A stretch of 64,000 nucleotides of DNA from Minisyncoccota bacterium (GCA_031972295.1 DALYEZ010000001.1:57759-121758); one strand, 5' to 3'. Counted from the stretch's first letter, positions 20,747 to 30,005 are shown. Translations and numbers: made by a program. Notes: generated by a model from the sequence alone, not told the origin.

Positions 20747-21037
20747 ATGCTTACACTAAGACTTCAAAGAATAGGACGAAAAAACGACCCACACTTTCGG
20801 CTTGTTGCAACTGACTCAAAGAACGCAGCTCAGTCAGGAAAGGCGGTAGAAACTGTTGGAACATACAACGTTAAAATGGGCGTGTTTAATCCAAACGTAG
20901 AGCGAGTAAAACACTGGCTCAAAGTAGGTGCAAAACCATCTGACACTGTATTTAACCTCCTTATCAACAAGGGTGTTATCGAAGGTAAAAAGCGAAATCT
21001 TCTCCCTTCAAAGAAAAAAGAATCTAAGAAAAAATAA
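20747..21037 (+). CDS. rpsP: 30S ribosomal protein S16
   Basis: MLTLRLQRIGRKNDPHFRLVA. Confidence 0.9.
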   Translation: MLTLRLQRIGRKNDPHFRLVATDSKNAAQSGKAVETVGTYNVKMGVFNPNVERVKHWLKVGAKPSDTVFNLLINKGVIEGKKRNLLPSKKKESKKK

Positions 21038-21044
21038 ATCTCCA

Positions 21045-21075
21045 AAACATCTGCCTCGCGCAGATGTTTTTGTTT
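21045..21075 (+). terminator. intrinsic terminator catctgc-ctcgc-gcagatg plus T5
   Basis: seen in sequence. Confidence 0.5.
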
Positions 21076-21151
21076 GACCAAAGCACGCGAGCAAGATACT
21101 ATGTAATGCGTAAGCGCGTGCTTACAAACGCTCTATAACATACACAACTCT

Positions 21152-21475
21152 ATGGAAGACAAAGTATTTCTCGAAACGGTAGTAAAAGCATTAGTAGACA
21201 ATCCGGATGATGTACAAGTGGCTCGAAAAGTTGATGAGATGGGAGTACTCCTTACTCTCGACATCAATCCCGCTGATATGGGGAAAGTAATTGGAAAAGA
21301 GGGAGCAACTGCGAAAGCGTTACGCACTATTCTCCGAGTCGTTGGAATGAAAAACAACGCACGAGTAAACCTCAAGATCAATGAGCCTGCTGGAAGCGAA
21401 AGAACAGCAGTTCGACGAACAACCCCAGAAGTACCAACAGTAGAACAGGTAATGCAGGAGATCAAAGGTCTCTAA
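21152..21475 (+). CDS. KH-domain RNA-binding protein (YlqC/UPF0109)
   Basis: GKVIGKEGATAKALR KH GxxG loop; conserved position between rpsP and trmD. Confidence 0.75.
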   Translation: MEDKVFLETVVKALVDNPDDVQVARKVDEMGVLLTLDINPADMGKVIGKEGATAKALRTILRVVGMKNNARVNLKINEPAGSERTAVRRTTPEVPTVEQVMQEIKGL

Positions 21476-21482
21476 ACCTTCA

Positions 21483-21508
21483 AAAACCACCACAAAAAGG
21501 TGGTTTTT
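21483..21508 (+). terminator. intrinsic terminator aaaaaccacc-acaaaaa-ggtggttttt
   Basis: seen in sequence. Confidence 0.5.
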
Positions 21509-21527
21509 GTGTATAGTAGGGAAATAT

Positions 21528-22187
21528 ATGCGTTTTCATGTTATAACCCTTTTTCCCAACATGTTTGAGTCGTACCTTTCCGACTCAATTTTAAAGCGTG
21601 CACAGGAAGCAAAAAAGGTTTCGTGGTTTTTCTATAACCCTCGTACTGAAAGCAAAGATAAGTGGAAACGAGTAGATGATAGACCGTACGGTGGAGGGCC
21701 GGGAATGGTGATGACAGCGGATCCTATTTTGCGAGCCATTGAAAAAATACAAAAAAAGATTGCTCGCTACAAAAAAACAAAAGTAAAGACAATTATCTTT
21801 TCACCAGGAGGGACACAATTTACAAATACTATTGCCCGAGAGCTTATTACTAAAAAGGTAACTGATATTATTCTTATTTGCGGAAGATACGAAGGCATCG
21901 ACGCTCGTGTAAAAAAGATTCTGAAAGCAGAGGAGTGGAGTATTGGTGAATATGTACTCACAGGAGGGGAATTACCTGCAATGATTGTGATTGACGCCGT
22001 GTCGCGCCACATAGACGGTGTCCTTGGTAATAATCTTTCACCTGAAGAAAACAGAGTCTCGGCTCACGAAACATACACTCGGCCAGAAACATTTGTTTGG
22101 AAAAAGAAAAAATACAAAGTTCCAGAAGTTCTTCTTTCAGGAGACCCCAAGAAAATAGACGAATGGAAAAATAACTCAAAAAAGTAG
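21528..22187 (+). CDS. trmD: tRNA (guanine37-N1)-methyltransferase
   Basis: MRFHVITLFPNMF N-terminus; SPOUT core. Confidence 0.9.
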   Translation: MRFHVITLFPNMFESYLSDSILKRAQEAKKVSWFFYNPRTESKDKWKRVDDRPYGGGPGMVMTADPILRAIEKIQKKIARYKKTKVKTIIFSPGGTQFTNTIARELITKKVTDIILICGRYEGIDARVKKILKAEEWSIGEYVLTGGELPAMIVIDAVSRHIDGVLGNNLSPEENRVSAHETYTRPETFVWKKKKYKVPEVLLSGDPKKIDEWKNNSKK

Positions 22188-22321
22188 TGCGCCTCAGTAT
22201 TGACGGTGACATTTTCGTACACCTGGCGGGTTTATACCTATACTACTACTAGAAATCCATGAGCTTTTGTCAAAGACAAGAAATCTTGCAAAAGGCAAAA
22301 AATAAGGTATTATAGGTACTT

Positions 22322-22636
22322 ATGGAAATTGCAGTAATCGAAACAGGCGGAAAGCAATACAAGGTTGCCCCAGGCACCTCTATTAAAATTGAGAAGCTTT
22401 CAGACACACAGAAAGTAGGGGACAAAGTAACTTTTGACAAAGTACTTCTTGTGGATGGAGCTACTACAGCTATTGGTGCACCATACGTAGCGGGAGCAAA
22501 GGTTGAAGCAACAGTAGAAGAAATTGGACGACATGACAAAGTTATTGTTTTGAAATACCGAGCAAAAAGTCGATACCAAAAGAAAAACGGCCACCGACAA
22601 CTTTTTGTAAAAGTAAAGATTGATTCAATCAAGTAA
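22322..22636 (+). CDS. rplU: 50S ribosomal protein L21
   Basis: MEIAVIETGGKQYKV. Confidence 0.9.
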   Translation: MEIAVIETGGKQYKVAPGTSIKIEKLSDTQKVGDKVTFDKVLLVDGATTAIGAPYVAGAKVEATVEEIGRHDKVIVLKYRAKSRYQKKNGHRQLFVKVKIDSIK

Positions 22637-22650
22637 TCAGAAACTAAAAA

Positions 22651-22680
22651 TAAAAACCGCACACTGTGCGGTTTTTATTT
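22651..22680. terminator. bidirectional terminator aaaaccgca-cactg-tgcggttttt between rplU and recR
   Basis: seen in sequence. Confidence 0.5.
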
Positions 22681-23283
22681 TCTATTTGAGAGCGCTTGCG
22701 AAAGAGTATTCGGATCGGCATATTCTATTTCCGTACCTGTAGAAAGTCCTCGTCCAAGAATACTCACTTTAATAGTTGGAACAAGTTGTCCGAGAATGGT
22801 TTGAATATACTTGTACGTATGATCACCTTCTTGAGTTGCTGCGAGTGCAACCACAACTTCTTGTAAGCCGGTTTCGACAAGTTTTTTTACCCTACGAACT
22901 AATTCCTGAATACGAACCTTTAATGAAGGTGTTTGTTCATGAAGAGGCAAGCTGCCACCAAGTACAAAATAAAAACCATCATAGACTCGACTTTTTTCAA
23001 TAGTCTGCAAATCAATATCTTTTTCAACAACAAGAAGAGTTGTTTTATTTCTGCGAGGATCTCGACACTCAGTACATTCAGCTTCATTATTACGTCGAGT
23101 AAAATACACAAAACATGACGGACACTGTGCCACATCTCTCCGCAAGACATTCATAGCATTCACAATTGCTTCATGAGACTCTTTTGATTGAGAGAGGATA
23201 TAGTAGGCAAAACGGCGCGCCTGACGCGGGCCAATGCCTGGAAACTTTGTAAACTCTTCTGACAATTTTTCAATAGGATCCAT
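22675..23283 (-). CDS. recR: recombination protein RecR
   Basis: FPGIGPRQARRFAYYIL HhH; C4 zinc finger CPSC...CTEC; Toprim. Confidence 0.9.
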   Translation of the reverse strand: MDPIEKLSEEFTKFPGIGPRQARRFAYYILSQSKESHEAIVNAMNVLRRDVAQCPSCFVYFTRRNNEAECTECRDPRRNKTTLLVVEKDIDLQTIEKSRVYDGFYFVLGGSLPLHEQTPSLKVRIQELVRRVKKLVETGLQEVVVALAATQEGDHTYKYIQTILGQLVPTIKVSILGRGLSTGTEIEYADPNTLSQALSNRK

Positions 23284-23291
23284 AGAATAGA

Positions 23292-24695
23292 TTAGAATGA
23301 TGCTCCGCCAGTAAAGTCGCTTTTTTCAATACTCAAGAAACTTGTCTTCTTGTCATCAAAGTATAATTCAACTTTTCCTGTTGGACCATTTCGATGTTTT
23401 TCGATTAAAATTTCAACAATGTTCGGCTTTTCTGGATTATCTTGATACTTATCTTCACGATGAATGAAAGCAACCACGTCGGCGTCTTGCTCGATGGAAC
23501 CTGAGTCACGAAGGTCAGAAAGACGGGGCTTACCACCACGAGCTTCCACAGCACGAGAAAGCTGTGAGAGGGCAATTACCGGCACATCAAACTCCTTAGC
23601 AAGACCTTTGAGGGAACGAGAAATTTCCGTAACCTGATTTACCAAGTTATCGTAATTTTTCGCAGTTGTCATAAGCTGCAAGTAGTCAACAATCACAAGT
23701 CCAATAGGAGCATCCGCATGTTGTGAGTTATATCGTCGCATTACGCTTCGCATACGCATAATAGAGTTTCCGGCCTGATCATCAATTGTGATAGGAGCCT
23801 TTGCAAGACGAGCGATTGCTTCTTGAAGTCGTGTAAAGTCTTCATCCAATGAAAGACGCCCCGTGCGCAACTTCCATGAGTCAACATGTGACTCAGCAGA
23901 GACCATACGATCAACGAGCTGTTGCTTACTCATTTCTAGTGAAAAGATAGCCACGGGAATATTTTCTTTTACTGCAGCATGTCGAGCAAAGTCGAGCGCA
24001 AGAGAGGTTTTACCGACAGAGGGACGAGCAGCGAGAATAATGAGATCGGCCTTTTGGAAACCAGAAAGTTTGTTGTCGATTTCAGCAAACCCCGTTGGCA
24101 CTCCACGAGTTTGCTGCCCTGACTGCTGGAGCTTCTCAAAACGATCCCAAGCATCATCAAGAAGGTCCTCGATTTTTTCTAGTTTCTGACCTTTGGAAAT
24201 ATTAGTAATATTGTACATCCGCTTCTCAGCTTCTTCGAGTACATGCTCAAGCTGTTTTTCTTCATTGTAGGCAAGTTCACCAATATGATGCGATGCGTTG
24301 ATGAGATTTCTTAAAACGGCCTTTTTACGAACAATTTCAGCGTAATAGTCTACGTTCGTAGCAGAGGGAACGGTATTTAAAAGCTCACTTACGTATGGTG
24401 TGCCGCCAATTCCTTCAAGTTCTTTTTGTTCACGAAGTTTTGTCGTTACAGTAAGAAGATCAATCGGCTCACGCTTCGACGCAAGCTCAAACATCGCTTT
24501 GAAAATAACTCGATGACGCTCAGAATAAAAAGATTCAGCTTCAACACTATCAAGAACATCGAACACTACATCCGGTCGAAGCATAATAGAACCCAGAAGC
24601 GCTTTTTCTGCCTCCAAATCTTGTGGTGGAATTCTATCAACAAACGGAGTAGTGCCTCGCATGTATCTCATACTACCATACTCACTTTTGGGCAA
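23292..24695 (-). CDS. dnaB: replicative DNA helicase DnaB
   Basis: N-terminal DnaB domain (DLEAEKALLGSIM); Walker A ARPSVGKTS; true start may be an internal Met (MRYMRGTT). Confidence 0.9.
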   Translation of the reverse strand: MPKSEYGSMRYMRGTTPFVDRIPPQDLEAEKALLGSIMLRPDVVFDVLDSVEAESFYSERHRVIFKAMFELASKREPIDLLTVTTKLREQKELEGIGGTPYVSELLNTVPSATNVDYYAEIVRKKAVLRNLINASHHIGELAYNEEKQLEHVLEEAEKRMYNITNISKGQKLEKIEDLLDDAWDRFEKLQQSGQQTRGVPTGFAEIDNKLSGFQKADLIILAARPSVGKTSLALDFARHAAVKENIPVAIFSLEMSKQQLVDRMVSAESHVDSWKLRTGRLSLDEDFTRLQEAIARLAKAPITIDDQAGNSIMRMRSVMRRYNSQHADAPIGLVIVDYLQLMTTAKNYDNLVNQVTEISRSLKGLAKEFDVPVIALSQLSRAVEARGGKPRLSDLRDSGSIEQDADVVAFIHREDKYQDNPEKPNIVEILIEKHRNGPTGKVELYFDDKKTSFLSIEKSDFTGGASF

Positions 24696-24734
24696 TTTTT
24701 ACTTTTTTGCTATATTTCTGGATAAGCTGTTGAT

Positions 24735-25649
24735 ATGGATTTCCAAATACTTCTTTATTACAAATACGTAACCATTACAGACCCCGTAGCCTTCATGAAA
24801 GAGCAGCGGGACCTCTGCGAACGACTCGGACTAAAGGGGCGTATTATTGTTGCGCACGAGGGCATAAACGGCACGGTAGGCGGAAGTGTAGACGCCACAG
24901 AGATGTATATCGCGGAAATGAAAAATGATCCGCGATTCATAGATATTCACTGGAAAAAGAGCTTCGGCCCACAAGATACCTTTCCGCGCCTTTCTATTAA
25001 AGTGCGCCCTGAAATAGTAACTACCAAAATTACCGACGTAGAATTAAATCCCCAAAAAGAAACCGCAACACATCTCAAACCGGAAGAATTACATGCTTGG
25101 TATCGTGAAGGAAAGAGTTTCAAAGTTATCGACATGCGCAATTCATACGAAATTGGTATTGGAACATTCAAAGATTCTGTTGATCCAGAAACAATGAATT
25201 TTCGTGATCTTCCGAAATCGCTTGAAAAATTAAAAGTACACAAAGATGAAACTGTGCTCACCGTATGTACCGGCGGTGTACGTTGTGAAAAAGCATCACA
25301 ATATTTAAAGACGCAAGGTTTTAAAGATGTCTATCAGTTAGATGGCGGCATTGTAAGTTACATGGAGAAATATCCCGGAAAAGATTTTGAAGGAACTCTG
25401 TATGTATTTGATAAGCGAAAGAAAATGGATTTTTGTAAACCAGGAGAACGAGATGTGATAGGGAAGTGCTCAATCTGTTTAAGTACCACCGAACGAGTAG
25501 AAAACTGTGCGGACGACGAATGTCATCTTCAATTTATTTGCTGTGATAATTGTATTTCAAAATATAACGGCATGGTCTACTGCAAAGAATGCAACAATAC
25601 TCAAGGTGAATTTCCAAAGGTGAGCGGGCGAGTAACTAAAATTATTTAA
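24735..25649 (+). CDS. rhodanese-domain protein UPF0176 (TrhO/YceA-like tRNA U34 hydroxylase)
   Basis: YYKY...HEGINGT N-terminal pattern; rhodanese Cys; C-terminal Cys-rich tail. Confidence 0.65.
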   Translation: MDFQILLYYKYVTITDPVAFMKEQRDLCERLGLKGRIIVAHEGINGTVGGSVDATEMYIAEMKNDPRFIDIHWKKSFGPQDTFPRLSIKVRPEIVTTKITDVELNPQKETATHLKPEELHAWYREGKSFKVIDMRNSYEIGIGTFKDSVDPETMNFRDLPKSLEKLKVHKDETVLTVCTGGVRCEKASQYLKTQGFKDVYQLDGGIVSYMEKYPGKDFEGTLYVFDKRKKMDFCKPGERDVIGKCSICLSTTERVENCADDECHLQFICCDNCISKYNGMVYCKECNNTQGEFPKVSGRVTKII

Positions 25650-25744
25650 AACAGGGTCAATGCCACAGAACTATTGACCCAAATGAGTATTTGTGTTATA
25701 TTGTTCAAGTACCCGAGATTGGCTTGGGAGATGGAGGCTGGGAA

Positions 25745-26073
25745 TGATTGCTCAAGAGATTCCTAACAAGTTGTTCACGGAGTTGGCAGGGAAGCTAACA
25801 CTAAGCGTACCCCCAGCCCTATTCATAGGGTCATTTGGCGAAAAAGGAAGTATTCGCTTCATCAAAGATGGACTTACCACATCGGTTGGCATCCATCGAA
25901 AAAAACAAATGGTCCCCGGGGACCCCGCAGAACTTGAAATCTCTCACGGACCACCACTGATGGTTCCGGTCATTCGCATCCTTCTGGGACTTCGTGAAGA
26001 TCCAGCATTTCTCCCAATTTTGGCGCGTTGCGATAATCTTTACGCGCGGTGCAAGGATTACGCGCGGGATTGA
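25745..26073 (+). CDS. hypothetical protein
   Basis: GGAGG SD before ATG 25745; GC elevated. Confidence 0.3.
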
Positions 26074-26096
26074 TTCTCTTTTTGCATATTGATTAC

Positions 26097-26131
26097 ATTC
26101 GCGGTCCGTAGTGACCGCGAATTTTTTATAT
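26097..26131 (+). terminator. intrinsic terminator attcgcggtc-cgtagt-gaccgcgaat plus T6
   Basis: 10-bp stem. Confidence 0.5.
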
Positions 26132-26175
26132 TTATTTCTTTACCTTATTGCCCCATCTACGCTATAGTTTAGTAT

Positions 26176-26577
26176 ATGTACAAACAAGTAACCATCATTC
26201 TCCTAGTTGTAATTGTAAGTATTTATTTATCGTTCAACTACCAACAAAAACAAAATCCCGCACCTATTGCAATTACTTGGTCATTTGAAACAAAAGAAGC
26301 TGAGGGAATGAATCCTCCGCAAACAAAAGTAACCGTTAGTATAGATGGAAAAGACTCTAATGCAGGCATCTATGATGGAACTTGTGCTTCTGTGGAACCT
26401 ACAGAACTTGAAAGTGGAGAACTTTCCGGAGTTCTTTGTTGGTGGGCGGGAGGTGGAACTGAAATTGGTGTCTTTAAAGAAAATGGAAAAATGATTCTCA
26501 AGAAAAGAAGCATGGACGAAGGTACTGCAGAAGAAGAAGGGTTTCGAGGTAATTTTCAAACAGTTCTTGAACTCTAA
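26176..26577 (+). CDS. hypothetical membrane-anchored protein
   Basis: N-terminal TM helix. Confidence 0.35.
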   Translation: MYKQVTIILLVVIVSIYLSFNYQQKQNPAPIAITWSFETKEAEGMNPPQTKVTVSIDGKDSNAGIYDGTCASVEPTELESGELSGVLCWWAGGGTEIGVFKENGKMILKKRSMDEGTAEEEGFRGNFQTVLEL

Positions 26578-26585
26578 CGTTAGGG

Positions 26586-26760
26586 GAAATAAAAAAGCCG
26601 CTCAAGATCCGGGGAGAATCGAGAGCGGCGGCACGGCGGGGGAACACACCGTGATGTCCAGAGAACTTTAGACCAAACCTCGGTCTTTAGATCCATTCCA
26701 GATGGGGATTGGTGGCCACCTGAAATGTTTCCGAACAAATACAACGTACGTTATTTTTTT
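26586..26760 (+). other. GC-rich structured 3' region of the 26176 gene ending in U8 (several hairpins)
   Basis: gccgctc...gagcggc, cacgg/ccgtg, agacc/ggtct hairpins then aacgtacgttattttttt. Confidence 0.25.
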
Positions 26761-26796
26761 ATTACTGTCAAGAATTTAGCTGGGAAAGTTAACCAA

Positions 26797-27045
26797 AAAA
26801 GAACCGCCGTGGGTCAACGGCGGTTTTGAAATGTGGCAGCAATACCACTATTAAGAATGATTGAGTTGGTTCAGGCAAACAAATGAGCAAAGATCCTGTA
26901 TCGCGCATGGAGGCTCGCGCATAGGGATCGAGCTCTGCACGATAGTGCCGTCTGGGCCCTTCGCACGTTCGTGTAGAGCATCACTGCGCAATTGTTCCGT
27001 CTGGAGAAAGCCCCCTTCAGCACAGACGTTACCTGAACCAACCCA
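26797..27045 (-). ncRNA. candidate structured sRNA B (about 250 nt) with promoter and terminator, paired 5' and 3' ends
   Basis: minus-strand TTGACA (27079-27074) -N17- TATTTT (27056-27051); 5' GTTGGTTCAGGTAA pairs with GTTTGCCTGAACCAAC near the 3' end; hairpin plus U6 terminator at 26802-26828; about 53% GC, no credible ORF. Confidence 0.35.
26865..26880 (+). repeat. GTTGG(N)TTCAGGC motif copy 1 (plus orientation)
   Basis: gttggttcaggcaaac. Confidence 0.8.
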
Positions 27046-27046
27046 C
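27033..27046 (-). repeat. motif copy 2 (inverted)
   Basis: reverse complement reads gggttggttcaggt. Confidence 0.8.
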
Positions 27047-27129
27047 TTGTAAAATACTTTATATTTACTAATCTGTCAAATATTTATCCACAAAAAAATC
27101 ACCAGACATATTGCCGGTGATTTAGGACA

Positions 27130-27147
27130 GTTGGCGGTTCAGGCGAA
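27130..27147 (+). repeat. motif copy 3 (plus)
   Basis: gttggcggttcaggcgaa. Confidence 0.8.
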
Positions 27148-27344
27148 TGTGTCGAGGCCGAGAGCGACATTGTGCGCAATGAAACTGGCTTTTGTTGAAT
27201 ACAACACATTCCACTCCGGAGGGAATCCCACCCTCGAAGATCACGCGCGCGTCTGGATTAGACCGTGACTGGTTGATTCGGAAGAAGCTCCGACAGAGCC
27301 ATATCCGGATACTGCAACCCCAAATCTGGTAGTTGCCCACGAGT

Positions 27345-27364
27345 GTTTGCCTGAACCGGCCAAC
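27345..27364 (-). repeat. motif copy 4 (inverted)
   Basis: reverse complement reads gttggccggttcaggcaaac. Confidence 0.8.
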
Positions 27365-27445
27365 TGGAGAAGATAGTACTCCCATCTACGTATCCTTGTC
27401 AATTTTTACAAAGATGCGTAGAGAATTATGTTAAAATAATAAAAA

Positions 27446-27862
27446 ATGAATAAAACTATAACTATTGAGACAGTGGTTCGTAAAGATATTAAAACAGTAT
27501 GGGACCTTTTTACCGGTCCAGAACATATCGAAAAGTGGGCACACGCATCAGATGATTGGGAATGTACTAAGGCAATAAATGATATTCGTGTTGGTGGTAG
27601 ATTTTCTTCTACCATGGGAGCAAAAGACAAATCAGTATCATTTGATTTTACTGGTACCTACACGGCAGTAGAGGAGGGTAAAGCACTTGTATACACACTT
27701 GATGATAATCGAACGGTTGTAACTTCTTTTACTGAAGAGGAAGACGGTGTACATATTATTCAAACTTTTGAAATGGAGAACGAGAACTCAGAAGAACTGC
27801 AGCGAGGAGGATGGCAGGCAATATTAGATACCTTTAAGAAATATACTGAGTCAGTTCAGTAA
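27446..27862 (+). CDS. SRPBCC (AHSA1/polyketide-cyclase-like) domain protein
   Basis: about 140 aa, pattern typical of the Aha1-like START/Bet-v1 fold. Confidence 0.55.
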   Translation: MNKTITIETVVRKDIKTVWDLFTGPEHIEKWAHASDDWECTKAINDIRVGGRFSSTMGAKDKSVSFDFTGTYTAVEEGKALVYTLDDNRTVVTSFTEEEDGVHIIQTFEMENENSEELQRGGWQAILDTFKKYTESVQ

Positions 27863-27869
27863 AACCAAT

Positions 27870-28985
27870 ATGAAAAAAATTATCATTCCCTTAGGTGTCA
27901 TCATTATTATAGGGATTCTTTTGTACGTATATCGCGGAGAAATAACCAAACATTACTTCAAGCCAACAGATACAAACGTTACTGAAGGTACTCATCAAGG
28001 AGGAAAGCAACCAGTTGTAGTTGCGGAAGATCTTAATATCCCTTGGGAATTAGTGTTCTTACCAGGTGGAGATATGTTAGTAACCGAACGTGCTGGAAAA
28101 TTGCTAAGAATTGGGAGTAATAGACAGGCGATTGAAATACAAGGGGTAGAACATCGAGGAGAAGGTGGATTACTTGGGCTCACGCTACACCCAAACTTTG
28201 CCCAGAATAATCTTTTTTACATCTACCTTACTACTTTGGATGGAAAAACACTGAGTAATCAAGTTGAACGATATACACTAACAGGCACAACTCTTTCCGA
28301 TAGAAAGGTAATTCTTGAAAACATCCCTGGCTCTACTAATCATGATGGTGGGCGAATTGCATTCGGCCCTGATGCGATGCTTTACATTACGACAGGCGAT
28401 GCGGGTACTCCTGATAATGCGCAAAAAATAGAAAGTTTGGCAGGAAAGATTTTACGAGTACAAGATGATGGATCAATACCATCTGATAATCCATTCAAAA
28501 ATGCAGTGTACTCATACGGTCATCGCAATGTACAAGGATTAGCATGGGACATTAATGAACAATTGTGGGCAACAGAACATGGAAGATCAGGGGCAGTATC
28601 TGGATATGATGAAGTAAATAAAATTATAAAAGGATCAAACTACGGCTGGCCATTTGTTCAAGGAGATGAAGTGCGGAGAGGAATGGTGTCTCCTTATTTA
28701 CATTCCACTGCAAGTGATACATGGGCCCCCGCTGGCGCAGTACATCTTAACAAACATCTTATCTTTACTGGATTGCGAGGAGAGTCACTCTACATCACAA
28801 ATACCACTACTCCAGGAGAAAACCTAAAGGCGTTTTTCAAGAGCACCTATGGACGTCTTCGTACTGTAACTATTGGGCCAGATAATATGCTCTATGTTCT
28901 TACCAACAACAAAGATGGGCGAGGGGATGCGGAAGCCAGAGATGATCGGATAATTAAAATAGATCCAAAAACATTGGGGTTATAA
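27870..28985 (+). CDS. PQQ-dependent sugar (glucose/sorbosone) dehydrogenase-family beta-propeller, membrane-anchored
   Basis: NIPWELVFLPGG, GGLLGLTLHPNF, HDGGRIAFGPDGMLY-like motifs; N-terminal TM. Confidence 0.7.
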   Translation: MKKIIIPLGVIIIIGILLYVYRGEITKHYFKPTDTNVTEGTHQGGKQPVVVAEDLNIPWELVFLPGGDMLVTERAGKLLRIGSNRQAIEIQGVEHRGEGGLLGLTLHPNFAQNNLFYIYLTTLDGKTLSNQVERYTLTGTTLSDRKVILENIPGSTNHDGGRIAFGPDAMLYITTGDAGTPDNAQKIESLAGKILRVQDDGSIPSDNPFKNAVYSYGHRNVQGLAWDINEQLWATEHGRSGAVSGYDEVNKIIKGSNYGWPFVQGDEVRRGMVSPYLHSTASDTWAPAGAVHLNKHLIFTGLRGESLYITNTTTPGENLKAFFKSTYGRLRTVTIGPDNMLYVLTNNKDGRGDAEARDDRIIKIDPKTLGL

Positions 28986-28992
28986 TGTATAG

Positions 28993-29454
28993 ATGGCGGA
29001 TGCAAATATAGAAATCCTTAAAAAGGAAACCTATTTGAAAGCTATAGAAAATAGCGTGGGGAGCAGACTGTTTAATTCTCTTTTTGTTAGATATAAACAT
29101 ACAGGAGAAGTAAAAGATATTTTAAATAACTGCGAACTCTCTTGTGCATTCTTCACAAGCAACATACTTCTTATGTTTGGAGTATTCGAGAAACCATTTG
29201 CAACAGTGAGAGGTTTGAAAGCATCAATTGATCAAAATTGTAAGTGGAAAAAGATTTCCCTTGGTGAGGTTGAAAAAGGGGACGTGGTCTTCTGGGAAAA
29301 GAAAAAACATGAGGACGGTACCGAAACGGCACATGTCGGATTCATGATTAATAAAGAAGAAGCAGTTTCAACAAGTACTCAAAGTAAAATGGTTGCTCGA
29401 CATTCAGCAATGAATAGGGCAATAGACAGTATTTACAGATACTCTTGGGAATAG
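28993..29454 (+). CDS. hypothetical protein (possible Cys/His hydrolase fold)
   Basis: ORF only; Cys...His spacing is suggestive but weak. Confidence 0.3.
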   Translation: MADANIEILKKETYLKAIENSVGSRLFNSLFVRYKHTGEVKDILNNCELSCAFFTSNILLMFGVFEKPFATVRGLKASIDQNCKWKKISLGEVEKGDVVFWEKKKHEDGTETAHVGFMINKEEAVSTSTQSKMVARHSAMNRAIDSIYRYSWE

Positions 29455-29562
29455 CACTTATTTTGACTTTAATATAAAATATGGCATTATGTATCTAAGA
29501 GTTCTTTAGGTCTTAATGCTGTAGTGTTGTGCTGTACCAATTCAACTGATGCGGAGGTTGCC

Positions 29563-29892
29563 ATGCCAAGAGACATTTTTTCGGATAATGAACCAAGCGA
29601 TGAGGAGATCATGGAAGATGTGAGTGACCAAACATTGCGTCACATGCATCTTGGTGAAAACATCAACTACCTCAGCAACAAACTGTTCGACCACACTGGG
29701 ACGCTGGTTGACGGTACCACCAAGGACGACGTCGCAAGAATGACAACTTATGCCAAGATCGGACTCCTGGAACGCATGTACAACCACACCCAAATGCAAG
29801 GCACCGGCCTGTGTTGGGAAATCGGTGCTTTCCTAGAAGACATCAGTGAGGATGAGAAGCGAGGCTTCAAGACCACTGACGACTACAACTGA
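29563..29892 (+). CDS. hypothetical protein
   Basis: GGAGG SD before MPRDIF; acidic protein. Confidence 0.35.
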   Translation: MPRDIFSDNEPSDEEIMEDVSDQTLRHMHLGENINYLSNKLFDHTGTLVDGTTKDDVARMTTYAKIGLLERMYNHTQMQGTGLCWEIGAFLEDISEDEKRGFKTTDDYN

Positions 29893-29895
29893 ACA

Positions 29896-29958
29896 CAAAC
29901 CCGCTTTGATGCGGCAAATGGAAACCCGTTTGCTTTCATCGGAGCGGGTTTTCTTTTT
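29896..29958 (+). terminator. compound hairpin terminator (aacccgct...agcgggtttt)
   Basis: seen in sequence. Confidence 0.4.
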
Positions 29959-29974
29959 GACCTATAGAAGATTA

Positions 29975-30005
29975 TAGACATAGATAGGTAATCTATGGTA
30001 CGAAT
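29975..30005 (+). promoter_or_regulatory. TAGACA-N18-TACGAAT promoter
   Basis: same architecture at 30722 and 32500. Confidence 0.35.

Larger units (their letters stand above)
27091..27366 (-). ncRNA. candidate structured sRNA A (about 270 nt), paralogous architecture to sRNA B
   Basis: minus-strand TTGACA (27402-27397) -N18- TACTAT (27378-27373); 5' GTTGGCCGGTTCAGGCAAAC pairs with TTCGCCTGAACCGCCAAC near the 3' end; atcacc/ggtgat hairpin plus U7 at 27091-27122. Confidence 0.35.

Noticed and set aside
26861-27385. ORFs 26861..27052 (+) and 27122..27385 (-) inside the GC-rich ORF-poor region
   Set aside because: No SD and low-complexity translations. The region is better explained by two promoter and terminator-bounded structured RNAs.
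26580-27440. Possibility that the region encodes RNase P RNA, tmRNA, SRP RNA or 6S RNA
   Set aside because: I looked for the conserved blocks and did not find them: GGAAAGTCCGG/GGTAAGAGCGCACC for RNase P, the tRNA-like TTCGAATCC end and ANDENYALAA tag frame for tmRNA, and the GGAAGCAGCCAAGG region for SRP. The sizes also do not fit. An Rfam scan is still needed.
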